DNA of 64,000 nucleotides from a virus (lineage: Duplodnaviria; Heunggongvirae; Uroviricota; Caudoviricetes): positions 1 to 64,000 of the IMG/VR virus record IMGVR_UViG_2700989400_000004; one strand, written 5' to 3'. The position numbers and the translations under genes are program-made. The notes beneath the pieces are model-generated. The model worked only from the letters and a program-made list of their open reading frames with translations, was not told the origin of the DNA and ran no database searches. Positions within the stretch are counted from its first letter, which is position 1, and the number at the start of each line of letters is the position of its first letter. Shown in pieces: positions 8,989-18,483 of this stretch.

Positions 8989-9294
8989 ATGGCAACAGGA
9001 AACATCAACAGCAGATCGCAAATGAAAAATATCCGCTTCCCCCATGATGTAATCGAGGAAATGGAAAATTCGAAAACGGAAGGGGAAACAATAGCCGCTT
9101 TCGTGATTACAGCCGTTCGCGGTGAAATCGCCCGCCGCCAGGCAGAAGGAAGCGGAGAAAATCCCCTGGTTTCTTCGCTCGATGCACTGGCGCAGGTGGA
9201 AAAAATCGGTGTCAAAGCAGCCGAGGAGATCGGGCAACTCGTCACCGTCGCGCGTGAAGAACTCCAGCGGCGCAAGGCCAAAGAACAGGAGTAA
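8989..9294 (+). CDS. putative Arc/Mnt-like ribbon-helix-helix regulator
   Basis: KNIRFPHDVIEEMEN...AAFVITAVRGEIARR resembles the Arc repressor fold pattern; conflicts with a long open frame on the opposite strand. Confidence 0.35.
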   Translation: MATGNINSRSQMKNIRFPHDVIEEMENSKTEGETIAAFVITAVRGEIARRQAEGSGENPLVSSLDALAQVEKIGVKAAEEIGQLVTVAREELQRRKAKEQE

Positions 9295-10011
9295 CCATCA
9301 CCAGCGCCGTGGTGTGAGGAACTACGGTGCATCGTTTTACAGGGCAGCGCCATGACCAACAAAGAATCAACCAATACACCATCACCGGCACGGAAAAGAC
9401 AGCGCAGAAAGATAGCGTACGAGCATGAGTCAGACAGATTCGCGCCCTGTGCGTTTATCCTTGAGAAATTCCTTAAAGAGTACAGGCGCACAAAAATGGG
9501 GTCGCATACCTGGAAAACATCGCGGCATGGCGATGTTAAAGAGCAGGAATAGCCCACCAGCAAGCCAGCATATTCACCATAATGACCCTCAGTTAAACCT
9601 AGAGTCATTGGTGCAAAGCTGACACATTGCCCACCAGCCGCAAATGTGGCATTGTTGGTGATGCGTTCAAGTATGTAGCTTTTCCACTGGCGGCTCTCTG
9701 CGGTCGCCTTTGTTTTATCCAGAACGAAATCAGACATCAGATTGATCAGCACCTGGCGACCTGACAAAATCGCATCAGTCGCGCCACCAGCAGTATTTTT
9801 TGCTTTCCGGACAGCTTGGCCAACTGCATTTTGCAGCAAAATATTCTGCATTTCTGGCTTACTGTGATAACAGTGATCAGCGCCTTCACTCTGTACGACC
9901 ACAACGCTATAATCTGCCTCGTAGACAGTAAGCAATATGGCGCAGTAAGCGACTTGTTCACAAAGGCGCTCCGGCAACGGGGCGCTTTTTCTTTTTGTAA
10001 CGGTCAGAGCA

Positions 10012-10812
10012 TTACACATGGCTGTTTTCCTCCATGCGACGGGCTAACCAACGCTGCGAAAGACGAATTAATTCAGCTTTCCGCTGGTGGTAGTCCTGGC
10101 CTAACTCAATCAGCGTGATATTGCTCTGCTCAAGGTAAGAAAGATGCTCAAGCTGCAACGTGCTCATGTGGTCGCGTGGTTCGCCTGTGATGCCGTTCGC
10201 CTGCGCCCACTGTTTTGCAGTCATGCCACCCAGCACGATACGCGCCAGCATATTGGCTTCCGTGGTGTAGTGGTGCTGTAGAGTGTTTTTACCCAGCTCA
10301 GCCCGGTACGCCTCCAGCGCGGCACACATTGGCTTAAAGTAGCTGGCAACTGTGATACGGGCTTTCAGTTCCCGGCGTAACACTGCGGAACGCACTGGCG
10401 CTACCTTGTGTAGCTCCTCCTCGCATTTGATAAAGTACTGACGAACGGCGCGGCCCTGTTCGGTGCGTTCGACCATCGCCAGTTCTTTCGCCATGTTCAC
10501 TGTGATGATGTACTCAAGAGCTGTTTGCTGGCGAGATTTTGCGCTCACCGGATCGGGTCGGCTCAAATATTCAACAACCTCATAATCCACGCCTTCCGTG
10601 AACCCGTATTCTTCAATGCGCCCCTTGATCCACGAACGGAAAACGCGCCCTACACCTAACGCCTTATGTAACGCTCTGGCGCTAACAATAGTGGTTTCAC
10701 GCCCACCAATAACGCCGGAAATAACCGGAATAATTTCAGCGAAATTTTGCAGATTCTGTTTTTCAGGCCGAACGAAGCCCCGCCCCTGTACAGGCGTATA
10801 TCCAGTATTCAT
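10012..10812 (-). CDS. phage antirepressor-like protein (Bro-N/AntA-type N-terminus)
   Basis: N-terminal IIPVISGVIGGRETTIVSARALHKALGV...EYGFTEGVDYEV. Confidence 0.6.
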   Translation of the reverse strand: MNTGYTPVQGRGFVRPEKQNLQNFAEIIPVISGVIGGRETTIVSARALHKALGVGRVFRSWIKGRIEEYGFTEGVDYEVVEYLSRPDPVSAKSRQQTALEYIITVNMAKELAMVERTEQGRAVRQYFIKCEEELHKVAPVRSAVLRRELKARITVASYFKPMCAALEAYRAELGKNTLQHHYTTEANMLARIVLGGMTAKQWAQANGITGEPRDHMSTLQLEHLSYLEQSNITLIELGQDYHQRKAELIRLSQRWLARRMEENSHV

Positions 10813-10864
10813 GGTTAAATCTCTGTATTAGTGGATGGGAGGCGGCTGTGTGCCGCCAGCCTGA

Positions 10865-11053
10865 TTAGTGAACTGCCTCGCGGCTGTCCTTCCATGCCAG
10901 AACTTCGGATAAAGACCAGCCAACGGAACGACCACCGAGTTTACGCCGTGATGGGAATTGTCCGGCTTTTTCCAGGCGGTAGCGGCATGAACGGCTCAGG
11001 CCTGTAAGTTGCTGACATTCTTTTTCACGTATAAAGCGATCTGTGCTTAACAC
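10865..11053 (-). CDS. alpA: AlpA family transcriptional regulator
   Basis: 62 aa; LTGLSRSCRYRLEKAGQFPSRRKLGGRSVGWSLSEVLAW is the AlpA-type HTH signature. Confidence 0.75.
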   Translation of the reverse strand: MLSTDRFIREKECQQLTGLSRSCRYRLEKAGQFPSRRKLGGRSVGWSLSEVLAWKDSREAVH

Positions 11054-11416
11054 AATTCCCCCTTTGTTGTTTCTTAAAGAGTCATTGGGTGGATTATTGG
11101 GTTGGGTCGGATTGTGTCAGGGTGTTTATGGAATGGCAAACACTGGTGGCGGTCGTTTTACAGAAGTGGGGTAATGAGAATAAAAACTTTTTTAATTCAT
11201 TGTGATGCAGTAGCGTAAAATTCTGTTTTTACGCCCTTTTTTACATGCTTTTAAGAGTGATTCGCCAATGTACAAAAAGCCAGTAAAACGACTGAAAATC
11301 AACTTTTTAGGGTGTCGGTCAGATGATAATCAAGTTTGTTCCAGATTGTTCGCCGTTGTTCGTCGTGGTGTCTCGTTGTTTCACGTTGTGTCCGTTCTGA
11401 AAAATCGCGAAAAAAA

Positions 11417-12667
11417 TTATATTTCTCTGGCTATTGGCAGTGTGGTTACGTTTTCGTGAGCACCTGCCAGTATCTCTAATCGCTCTGTCCACATATCCAG
11501 CGCGTTACGTTTCGCATCAATATAGCGGGAGTGGTTATAGACTCGTTGCATCCCTGGCATCTGGTGGGCGGTAAGTTGCTCGACAATATGCGGATCCACG
11601 CCTAAATCGTTCAGCATCGTGGTAAACGTGCGCCGTATATCGTGCAGGGACCAGTGAGGATGGTTTAATTTTTTGTGCGTAAATCTGCCGTATTGTGACA
11701 CGCTGGCTTCCTGTTTCAGTTCTCCGAGTAATAACCCTGTGTGCCTGTTCTGCTCCACCAGTTGCGTGACGAACGGCAAAATGCTTTCCGGTATTGGCCT
11801 GAATATGGCGACCTTCGTTTTGCTGTGTTCTTTCGGTACCGTCCAGAGCATTTCCTTAAAATCCCACTCCCTGATCTCCGACAGCCTCAGTTCTCCAGTT
11901 CGGCAGCCAAACACAATCAGGAGGCGGATTAGCGCGCTGTAGTAGGGCGGGAATATTTTTTTATCCAGCGCCTGTAATAATTCGCCCAGTTCTTTGTTAC
12001 TAAGCACGCGTTCGCTTATGCCTGGCTTTTTGCCAACGTCCACCACGTTGAGATCATCCAGAACGTTACTGACTGCGTAGCGACGTTTTCGGCAGAACTT
12101 AAGCGCCTGTTTACACGCCTGCATCATGTGACCAGACGTTACAGGGGATTTTTTGCGTATCCGGTCAAAACAGGCCAGCCAGTGACGTAACTCGCATTTA
12201 TCCAGTGGCATATTGCCAATATGCTGTATGACGTGATTATTCAGGCGGCTGTTCAGGGAGACGTAATCGACACGGTTTTCCTTTACGTGCATTTCCAGCC
12301 AGTAGCTGATCGCATCACCCACCGTTACCGGCTTTAGTGCTTCCTGTATGGAGTAATTAAGCTCATGGCGTGGATTTTTTCCTTCTGCCAGCCATGCGCG
12401 ACACTGTGCCGCTTTTTCCCTGGCTGCTTTCAGGCTCAGATCAGGATAATTTCCCAGCTTCAGGCGTTCCGGTGATACCAGGCGTCCAGCTCCTGCCCTG
12501 TAGGTGAAATACCAGGTTAACAAGCCGCTGGTGGAATGCCTGACGCTCAGGTTTCCACCGTCATTAAGAAATGTGGTTTTTGGGGCTGGTGTGCCGTTGA
12601 TTTTTCTTAGCTGTGTATCGCTCAGTTTGTTAAGTGCTCTGCTCATAATTTTGAATCCGGTCATCAC
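11417..12667 (-). CDS. int: tyrosine-type site-specific integrase (P4-like)
   Basis: 416 aa; N-terminal arm-binding-like domain and C-terminal catalytic region (HxxR...Y); start uncertain. Confidence 0.85.
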   Translation of the reverse strand: MMTGFKIMSRALNKLSDTQLRKINGTPAPKTTFLNDGGNLSVRHSTSGLLTWYFTYRAGAGRLVSPERLKLGNYPDLSLKAAREKAAQCRAWLAEGKNPRHELNYSIQEALKPVTVGDAISYWLEMHVKENRVDYVSLNSRLNNHVIQHIGNMPLDKCELRHWLACFDRIRKKSPVTSGHMMQACKQALKFCRKRRYAVSNVLDDLNVVDVGKKPGISERVLSNKELGELLQALDKKIFPPYYSALIRLLIVFGCRTGELRLSEIREWDFKEMLWTVPKEHSKTKVAIFRPIPESILPFVTQLVEQNRHTGLLLGELKQEASVSQYGRFTHKKLNHPHWSLHDIRRTFTTMLNDLGVDPHIVEQLTAHQMPGMQRVYNHSRYIDAKRNALDMWTERLEILAGAHENVTTLPIAREI

Positions 12668-12668
12668 A

Positions 12669-12692
12669 ATTAACTACACCATTAACTACACC
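12669..12692. repeat. tandem 12-bp direct repeat ATTAACTACACC x2 next to int start
   Basis: Seen directly; candidate arm-type or regulatory site. Confidence 0.5.
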
Positions 12693-12910
12693 GATCATTG
12701 CACAAGGGGGTACAACGTGGAACAAATTGGAACAAGAAAAATTGCAATGAGTTTAAAAATCAAAAACATAATGAACAACGTGGCACATTATGAAACAGCA
12801 AAAAACACTAATTTATAAAATCACGATATTAATAATGTAACTTATATTTTCGTGAAATCTGTCACTGAAGAAAATTGGCAACTAAAGGTTAAAACCGTTA
12901 TAACACAGTC

Positions 12911-13005
12911 ACCGGCGCAGAGGAGACAATGCCGGATTTAAGACGCGGATGCACTGCTGTGTGTACTGTAGAGTCTGGCGGATGTCGACAGACTCTATTT
13001 TTTTA
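12911..13005 (+). ncRNA. mcaS: McaS (IsrA) small regulatory RNA
   Basis: Matches recalled McaS sequence ACCGGCGCAGAGGAGACAAUGCCGGAUUUAAGACGCGGAUG..., ends in a GAGTCTG...CAGACTC hairpin plus U-tract, convergent with abgR as in K-12. Confidence 0.7.
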
Positions 13006-13012
13006 TGCAGTT

Positions 13013-13921
13013 TTAACTTTGCAGATAGCCGCATTCTCGCCGGAATTGCGTGATTAATGACGCGGTCAGTGGTGTCTGGCGACTATCACGCCGCTGAATC
13101 AAATAATAGGCCGCTTTCGGTAAAATTTCGCTAACCGGCAACATCACCAGCCCCTGTCCGTGCAAGGGATCGCAGCCCATTTCTTCAGGCAGTATGCTGA
13201 GAAAATCGCTTTTTGCCACCAGACTGATACAGGCTGAGAACGTCTCGCAGACTACACCGACCTGTGGCGTTTGCGCCTGATCGTCAAGCAATTCACTCAA
13301 CTGTTTGTAGTAGCTGCCGTGTGGCGTCGGCATTGTCCAGCTGTAATCCAGTAACTGTTTGATCGAACGGGCACCAATGGCGGGGTGTCCCGGGCGGCAA
13401 AAGATCGCGAATTGCTTTTCCAGTAATTTCTCAAAAGTAAATTCGTGGTCGTACGGTCCCTGATAATAGGTATTGATGGTGAAATCCAATTCTCCCTGAC
13501 GCAATTCATTAATCATCGACACCAGTTGCCCTTCCATAATGCGTACTTTTACCTGCGGATGCTGCTGATGAAAACGAGATATGACAGCTGGCATCAGACT
13601 GCGGGAAATACTGGCCCCCATGCCGATATTAATCTGCCCTGCCAGTTGCCCTTGTCGTTGGCGAATATCCTCTTGGGCTGCGCGCAGTTCTTCAAGAATA
13701 AGACTGGCGTGCTGATAAAAACTTTCACCGGCATCAGTTAACGTCACGCCTTTACTACGGCGAAAAAAGAGTTGCGCCGCTAATCCTTCTTCCAGCTCCT
13801 GAATAGATTTACTCAGTGCCGGTTGCGACATATTCAACATTCGGCTCGCTCCGCGAATGCTGCCCTGACGAGCCACTTCAACAAAAGCACGAATTTGATG
13901 AATTTTTACCTGAAAAGCCAT
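13013..13921 (-). CDS. abgR: LysR-family regulator AbgR
   Basis: 302 aa LysR-type HTH plus substrate domain; divergent from abgAB-abgT. Confidence 0.9.
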   Translation of the reverse strand: MAFQVKIHQIRAFVEVARQGSIRGASRMLNMSQPALSKSIQELEEGLAAQLFFRRSKGVTLTDAGESFYQHASLILEELRAAQEDIRQRQGQLAGQINIGMGASISRSLMPAVISRFHQQHPQVKVRIMEGQLVSMINELRQGELDFTINTYYQGPYDHEFTFEKLLEKQFAIFCRPGHPAIGARSIKQLLDYSWTMPTPHGSYYKQLSELLDDQAQTPQVGVVCETFSACISLVAKSDFLSILPEEMGCDPLHGQGLVMLPVSEILPKAAYYLIQRRDSRQTPLTASLITQFRRECGYLQS

Positions 13922-14096
13922 GACGCCACCGATAACCGTTATTTATCAGACCAAAGAAACTGGCATCTACTTTAATGCAGATGATTGTGTCAGGGTAATT
14001 TATGAACGGTTAAAACTGTGAAAAATCAGTTAGTGATAAGTAAAAACTATCGCTACGTGAACCGGGTCACACTTTTTACTGATGACGGGAAAGGTT

Positions 14097-15407
14097 ATGG
14101 AGTCTTTGAATCAATTTGTTAATTCGCTTGCCCCAAAATTATCGCACTGGCGACGTGATTTTCATCACTATGCAGAGTCTGGCTGGGTGGAATTCCGCAC
14201 TGCCACCCTTGTTGCGGAAGAATTGCAGCAGCTCGGCTATTCACTGGCGCTGGGCCGCGAAGTAGTTAATGAAAGTAGCCGGATGGGACTACCTGATGAA
14301 CTCACTCTACAACGCGAATTCGAGCGCGCTCGTCAACAGGGTGCGCTAGCACAATGGATTGCGGTTTTTGAAGGTGGTTTCACTGGTATCGTCGCCACCC
14401 TGGATACCGGTCGCCCCGGTCCGGTGATGGCTTTCCGTGTCGATATGGACGCGCTGGATCTCAGTGAAGAGCAGGATGTCAGCCATCGCCCCTACCGCGA
14501 CGGTTTTGCGTCATGTAACGCCGGAATGATGCATGCCTGTGGTCATGATGGACATACCGCCATTGGGCTTGGGCTGGCGCATACCCTTAAACAATTCGAG
14601 TCCGGACTACATGGCGTCATCAAACTGATTTTTCAGCCTGCAGAGGAAGGTACGCGTGGCGCGCGGGCGATGGTCGATGCAGGTGTCGTAGATGATGTTG
14701 ATTATTTTACTGCCGTGCACATTGGCACTGGCGTACCTGCGGGCACCGTGGTGTGCGGCAGTGATAATTTTATGGCAACCACCAAATTTGACGCGCACTT
14801 CACCGGTACCGCCGCTCACGCAGGCGCAAAACCAGAAGACGGTCACAATGCCTTGTTGGCGGCAGCACAAGCCACTCTTGCACTGCATGCAATCGCCCCG
14901 CACAGCGAAGGAGCTTCCAGAGTAAACGTGGGCGTTATGCAGGCAGGAAGCGGTCGTAACGTTGTTCCTGCCTCGGCGTTGCTGAAAGTGGAAACACGCG
15001 GGGCCAGCGACGTCATTAATCAATATGTTTTTGACCGTGCACAACAAGCGATTCAGGGCGCAGCAACCATGTATGGTGTCGGCGTTGAAACTCGTCTGAT
15101 GGGTGCAGCTACCGCCAGTTCTCCTTCGCCGCAATGGGTCGCATGGTTGCAAAGTCAGGCGGCTCAGGTCGCGGGGGTCAATCAGGCCATTGAACGTGTT
15201 GAAGCGCCTGCGGGTTCCGAAGATGCCACATTAATGATGGCCCGCGTGCAGCAACATCAAGGGCAAGCCTCCTACGTGGTGTTTGGCACACAGCTGGCGG
15301 CAGGTCATCACAACGAAAAATTCGATTTTGACGAGCAGGTTCTCGCTATTGCCGTCGAAACGCTGGCGCGCACCGCGCTCAATTTTCCCTGGACGCGAGG
15401 TATCTGA
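14097..15407 (+). CDS. abgA: p-aminobenzoyl-glutamate hydrolase subunit A (M20 peptidase)
   Basis: 436 aa from MESLNQ start; M20 family metal-binding motifs. Confidence 0.9.
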   Translation: MESLNQFVNSLAPKLSHWRRDFHHYAESGWVEFRTATLVAEELQQLGYSLALGREVVNESSRMGLPDELTLQREFERARQQGALAQWIAVFEGGFTGIVATLDTGRPGPVMAFRVDMDALDLSEEQDVSHRPYRDGFASCNAGMMHACGHDGHTAIGLGLAHTLKQFESGLHGVIKLIFQPAEEGTRGARAMVDAGVVDDVDYFTAVHIGTGVPAGTVVCGSDNFMATTKFDAHFTGTAAHAGAKPEDGHNALLAAAQATLALHAIAPHSEGASRVNVGVMQAGSGRNVVPASALLKVETRGASDVINQYVFDRAQQAIQGAATMYGVGVETRLMGAATASSPSPQWVAWLQSQAAQVAGVNQAIERVEAPAGSEDATLMMARVQQHQGQASYVVFGTQLAAGHHNEKFDFDEQVLAIAVETLARTALNFPWTRGI

Positions 15408-16852
15408 TGCAGGAAATCTATCGTTTTATCGACGATGCGATTGAAGCCGATCGCCAACGTTATACCGATATTGCCGATCAAATCTGGGATCATCCAGAAA
15501 CACGTTTTGAAGAGTTCTGGTCAGCGGAGCATCTGGCTTCGGCGCTGGAATCTGCAGGCTTCACCGTTACCCGCAACGTAGGCAATATCCCAAATGCCTT
15601 TATTGCTTCGTTTGGTCAAGGCAAACCGGTTATCGCCCTGCTGGGAGAATATGACGCCCTGGCAGGTTTAAGTCAGCAAGCAGGTTGCGCGCAACCTACA
15701 TCCGTGACGCCCGGTGAAAATGGTCACGGTTGCGGACACAATTTGCTGGGAACCGCCGCCTTTGCCGCTGCAATAGCCGTCAAGAAATGGCTGGAACAAT
15801 ATGGGCAAGGCGGCACAGTGCGCTTTTATGGTTGTCCTGGCGAAGAAGGCGGCTCGGGTAAAACGTTCATGGTCCGCGAGGGGGTATTTGATGATGTGGA
15901 TGCGGCACTCACCTGGCACCCGGAAGCCTTTGCCGGTATGTTCAATACACGCACGCTGGCAAACATTCAGGCATCATGGCGCTTTAAAGGGATCGCAGCA
16001 CATGCCGCGAATTCCCCTCATTTGGGACGCAGCGCCCTTGATGCCGTAACGTTGATGACCACTGGCACCAACTTCCTCAACGAACATATTATTGAAAAAG
16101 CGCGCGTACACTATGCCATCACAGATAGCGGCGGGATCTCGCCCAACGTGGTCCAGGCGCAGGCAGAAGTGCTTTATCTTATCCGTGCCCCCGAAATGAC
16201 CGACGTGCAGCATATTTATGATCGGGTCGCCAAAATCGCCGAATGTGCGGCATTGATGACCGAAACCACGGTTGAATGCCGCTTCGACAAAGCCTGTTCC
16301 AGTTATCTCCCGAATCGCACCTTAGAAAATGCCATGTACCATGCCCTATCCCATTTTGGTACCCCGGAATGGAACTCCGAAGAACTGGCTTTTGCGAAAC
16401 AAATTCAGGCTACGCTCACCCCCAACGATCGGCAAAACAGTCTGAATAATATCGCCGCAACCGGTGGCGAAAACGGCAAGGTTTTTGCACTACGTCATCG
16501 TGAAACGGTACTGGCGAATGAGGTCGCTCCATATGCCGCCACCGATAACGTGCTTGCGGCATCGACTGATGTCGGCGACGTCAGTTGGAAACTGCCTGTT
16601 GCCCAGTGTTTCAGCCCCTGTTTTGCCGTCGGTACACCGCTACATACGTGGCAACTGGTTAGCCAGGGGCGAACATCTATTGCTCATAAAGGAATGCTGC
16701 TGGCGGCGAAAACTATGGCAGCAACCACAGTCAATCTCTTCATTGATTCAGGGCTATTGCAAGAATGCCAACAAGAGCATCAGCAAGTTACGGACACGCA
16801 ACCGTATCACTGCCCTATCCCGAAAAACGTGACACCGTCACCTTTAAAATAA
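15407..16852 (+). CDS. abgB: p-aminobenzoyl-glutamate hydrolase subunit B (M20 peptidase)
   Basis: 481 aa; start overlaps abgA stop. Confidence 0.9.
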   Translation: MQEIYRFIDDAIEADRQRYTDIADQIWDHPETRFEEFWSAEHLASALESAGFTVTRNVGNIPNAFIASFGQGKPVIALLGEYDALAGLSQQAGCAQPTSVTPGENGHGCGHNLLGTAAFAAAIAVKKWLEQYGQGGTVRFYGCPGEEGGSGKTFMVREGVFDDVDAALTWHPEAFAGMFNTRTLANIQASWRFKGIAAHAANSPHLGRSALDAVTLMTTGTNFLNEHIIEKARVHYAITDSGGISPNVVQAQAEVLYLIRAPEMTDVQHIYDRVAKIAECAALMTETTVECRFDKACSSYLPNRTLENAMYHALSHFGTPEWNSEELAFAKQIQATLTPNDRQNSLNNIAATGGENGKVFALRHRETVLANEVAPYAATDNVLAASTDVGDVSWKLPVAQCFSPCFAVGTPLHTWQLVSQGRTSIAHKGMLLAAKTMAATTVNLFIDSGLLQECQQEHQQVTDTQPYHCPIPKNVTPSPLK

Positions 16853-16888
16853 CAACAACAACGCAAACACAACAACCGAGGAATGCCC

Positions 16889-18334
16889 ATGAGTATGTCA
16901 TCCATACCGTCGTCCTCCCAATCCGGGAAGCTCTATGGCTGGGTCGAAAGAATTGGTAACAAGGTTCCCCATCCTTTTTTGCTCTTTATCTATTTGATAA
17001 TCGTACTCATGGTGACGACGGCAATTTTGTCAGCCTTTGGCGTCAGTGCGAAAAACCCGACCGATGGTACGCCGGTGGTGGTGAAAAACCTGCTCAGTGT
17101 GGAAGGATTACACTGGTTTTTACCCAATGTGATTAAAAACTTTAGCGGTTTTGCTCCACTTGGAGCGATCCTGGCGCTGGTTTTAGGTGCCGGCCTAGCG
17201 GAGCGCGTCGGCTTACTGCCAGCGCTAATGGTTAAAATGGCATCGCATGTTAATGCCCGCTACGCCAGTTATATGGTGCTGTTTATTGCTTTTTTCAGCC
17301 ACATTTCTTCCGATGCGGCGTTAGTGATCATGCCACCGATGGGTGCGCTGATTTTTCTGGCGGTGGGCAGGCATCCAGTTGCAGGTTTACTGGCTGCCAT
17401 TGCAGGCGTAGGTTGCGGCTTTACGGCTAATTTACTGATTGTCACAACCGACGTGTTGCTGTCGGGGATCAGCACGGAAGCGGCGGCTGCGTTCAATCCG
17501 CAAATGCACGTCAGTGTAATTGATAACTGGTATTTTATGGCCAGCTCCGTAGTCGTACTGACGATTGTTGGCGGCCTGATAACCGACAAAATCATCGAGC
17601 CACGATTAGGTCAATGGCAGGGAAACAGCGATGAGAAACTGCAGACATTGACCGAAAGTCAGCGTTTTGGTTTACGCATAGCAGGTGTCGTATCGCTACT
17701 TTTTATTGCTGCGATCGCGCTGATGGTGATCCCGGAAAACGGGATATTGCGCGATCCGATTAATCACACCGTGATGCCATCACCCTTTATTAAAGGTATC
17801 GTGCCACTGATCATTCTTTTTTTCTTTGTTGTCTCGCTGGCTTATGGCATCGCTACCCGCACAATTCGACGTCAGGCGGATTTACCGCATTTAATGATTG
17901 AACCGATGAAAGAGATGGCGGGATTTATCGTGATGGTTTTTCCCCTCGCCCAATTTGTCGCCATGTTTAACTGGAGCAACATGGGGAAATTCATCGCCGT
18001 GGGGCTGACCGATATACTTGAAAGTTCAGGGCTTAGCGGCATCCCGGCGTTTGTCGGTCTGGCGTTGCTTTCCTCTTTCTTATGCATGTTTATTGCCAGC
18101 GGTTCCGCAATCTGGTCGATTCTGGCCCCCATTTTCGTACCAATGTTTATGCTACTTGGCTTTCACCCGGCATTTGCGCAAATCCTCTTTCGTATTGCCG
18201 ACTCATCCGTATTGCCTTTAGCGCCGGTATCTCCTTTTGTTCCACTGTTTCTTGGATTCCTGCAACGCTACAAACCAGACGCAAAACTGGGTACTTACTA
18301 TTCGTTAGTCTTGCCCTATCCGCTTATCTTTTGA
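16889..18334 (+). CDS. abgT: p-aminobenzoyl-glutamate transporter AbgT, apparently C-terminally shortened
   Basis: Polytopic AbgT-family protein; 481 aa from MSMSS start versus about 508 aa recalled for K-12; prophage DNA begins right after the stop. Confidence 0.85.
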   Translation: MSMSSIPSSSQSGKLYGWVERIGNKVPHPFLLFIYLIIVLMVTTAILSAFGVSAKNPTDGTPVVVKNLLSVEGLHWFLPNVIKNFSGFAPLGAILALVLGAGLAERVGLLPALMVKMASHVNARYASYMVLFIAFFSHISSDAALVIMPPMGALIFLAVGRHPVAGLLAAIAGVGCGFTANLLIVTTDVLLSGISTEAAAAFNPQMHVSVIDNWYFMASSVVVLTIVGGLITDKIIEPRLGQWQGNSDEKLQTLTESQRFGLRIAGVVSLLFIAAIALMVIPENGILRDPINHTVMPSPFIKGIVPLIILFFFVVSLAYGIATRTIRRQADLPHLMIEPMKEMAGFIVMVFPLAQFVAMFNWSNMGKFIAVGLTDILESSGLSGIPAFVGLALLSSFLCMFIASGSAIWSILAPIFVPMFMLLGFHPAFAQILFRIADSSVLPLAPVSPFVPLFLGFLQRYKPDAKLGTYYSLVLPYPLIF

Positions 18335-18432
18335 ATGGGTAGTTTATTGTAAAATATATTTATATTCAATGCGTTATGTTTTATTTTTGATTTTGATTTA
18401 TCAATTTGGTCACTATTTGGTACACAAAAAGA

Positions 18433-18452
18433 AACGAGGCGTTAGCCTCGTT
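18433..18452 (-). terminator. rho-independent terminator after tail fiber gene
   Basis: AACGAGGC/GCCTCGTT stem, T-rich run on minus strand. Confidence 0.5.
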
Positions 18453-18483
18453 TCGCGCGGCGATGTTCTTCGCACATCACCTT

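Noticed and set aside
8799-10019. Upstream part of the 528-codon minus-strand ORF as a single large protein
   Set aside because: The middle section is Ser/Cys-rich and low-complexity, runs antisense to a plausible RHH gene and across an operator palindrome; only the C-terminal 121 codons have a proper Shine-Dalgarno and start. Left unresolved rather than annotated.
12668-12910. tRNA gene as integration target next to int
   Set aside because: No cloverleaf-compatible sequence or conserved tRNA boxes seen; the adjacent structured RNA matches the McaS sRNA instead.
14607-15152. 181-aa minus-strand ORF inside abgA
   Set aside because: Antisense to the conserved abgA gene; Cys/Arg-rich composition.
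17269-17595. 108-aa minus-strand ORF inside abgT
   Set aside because: Antisense to conserved transporter gene.
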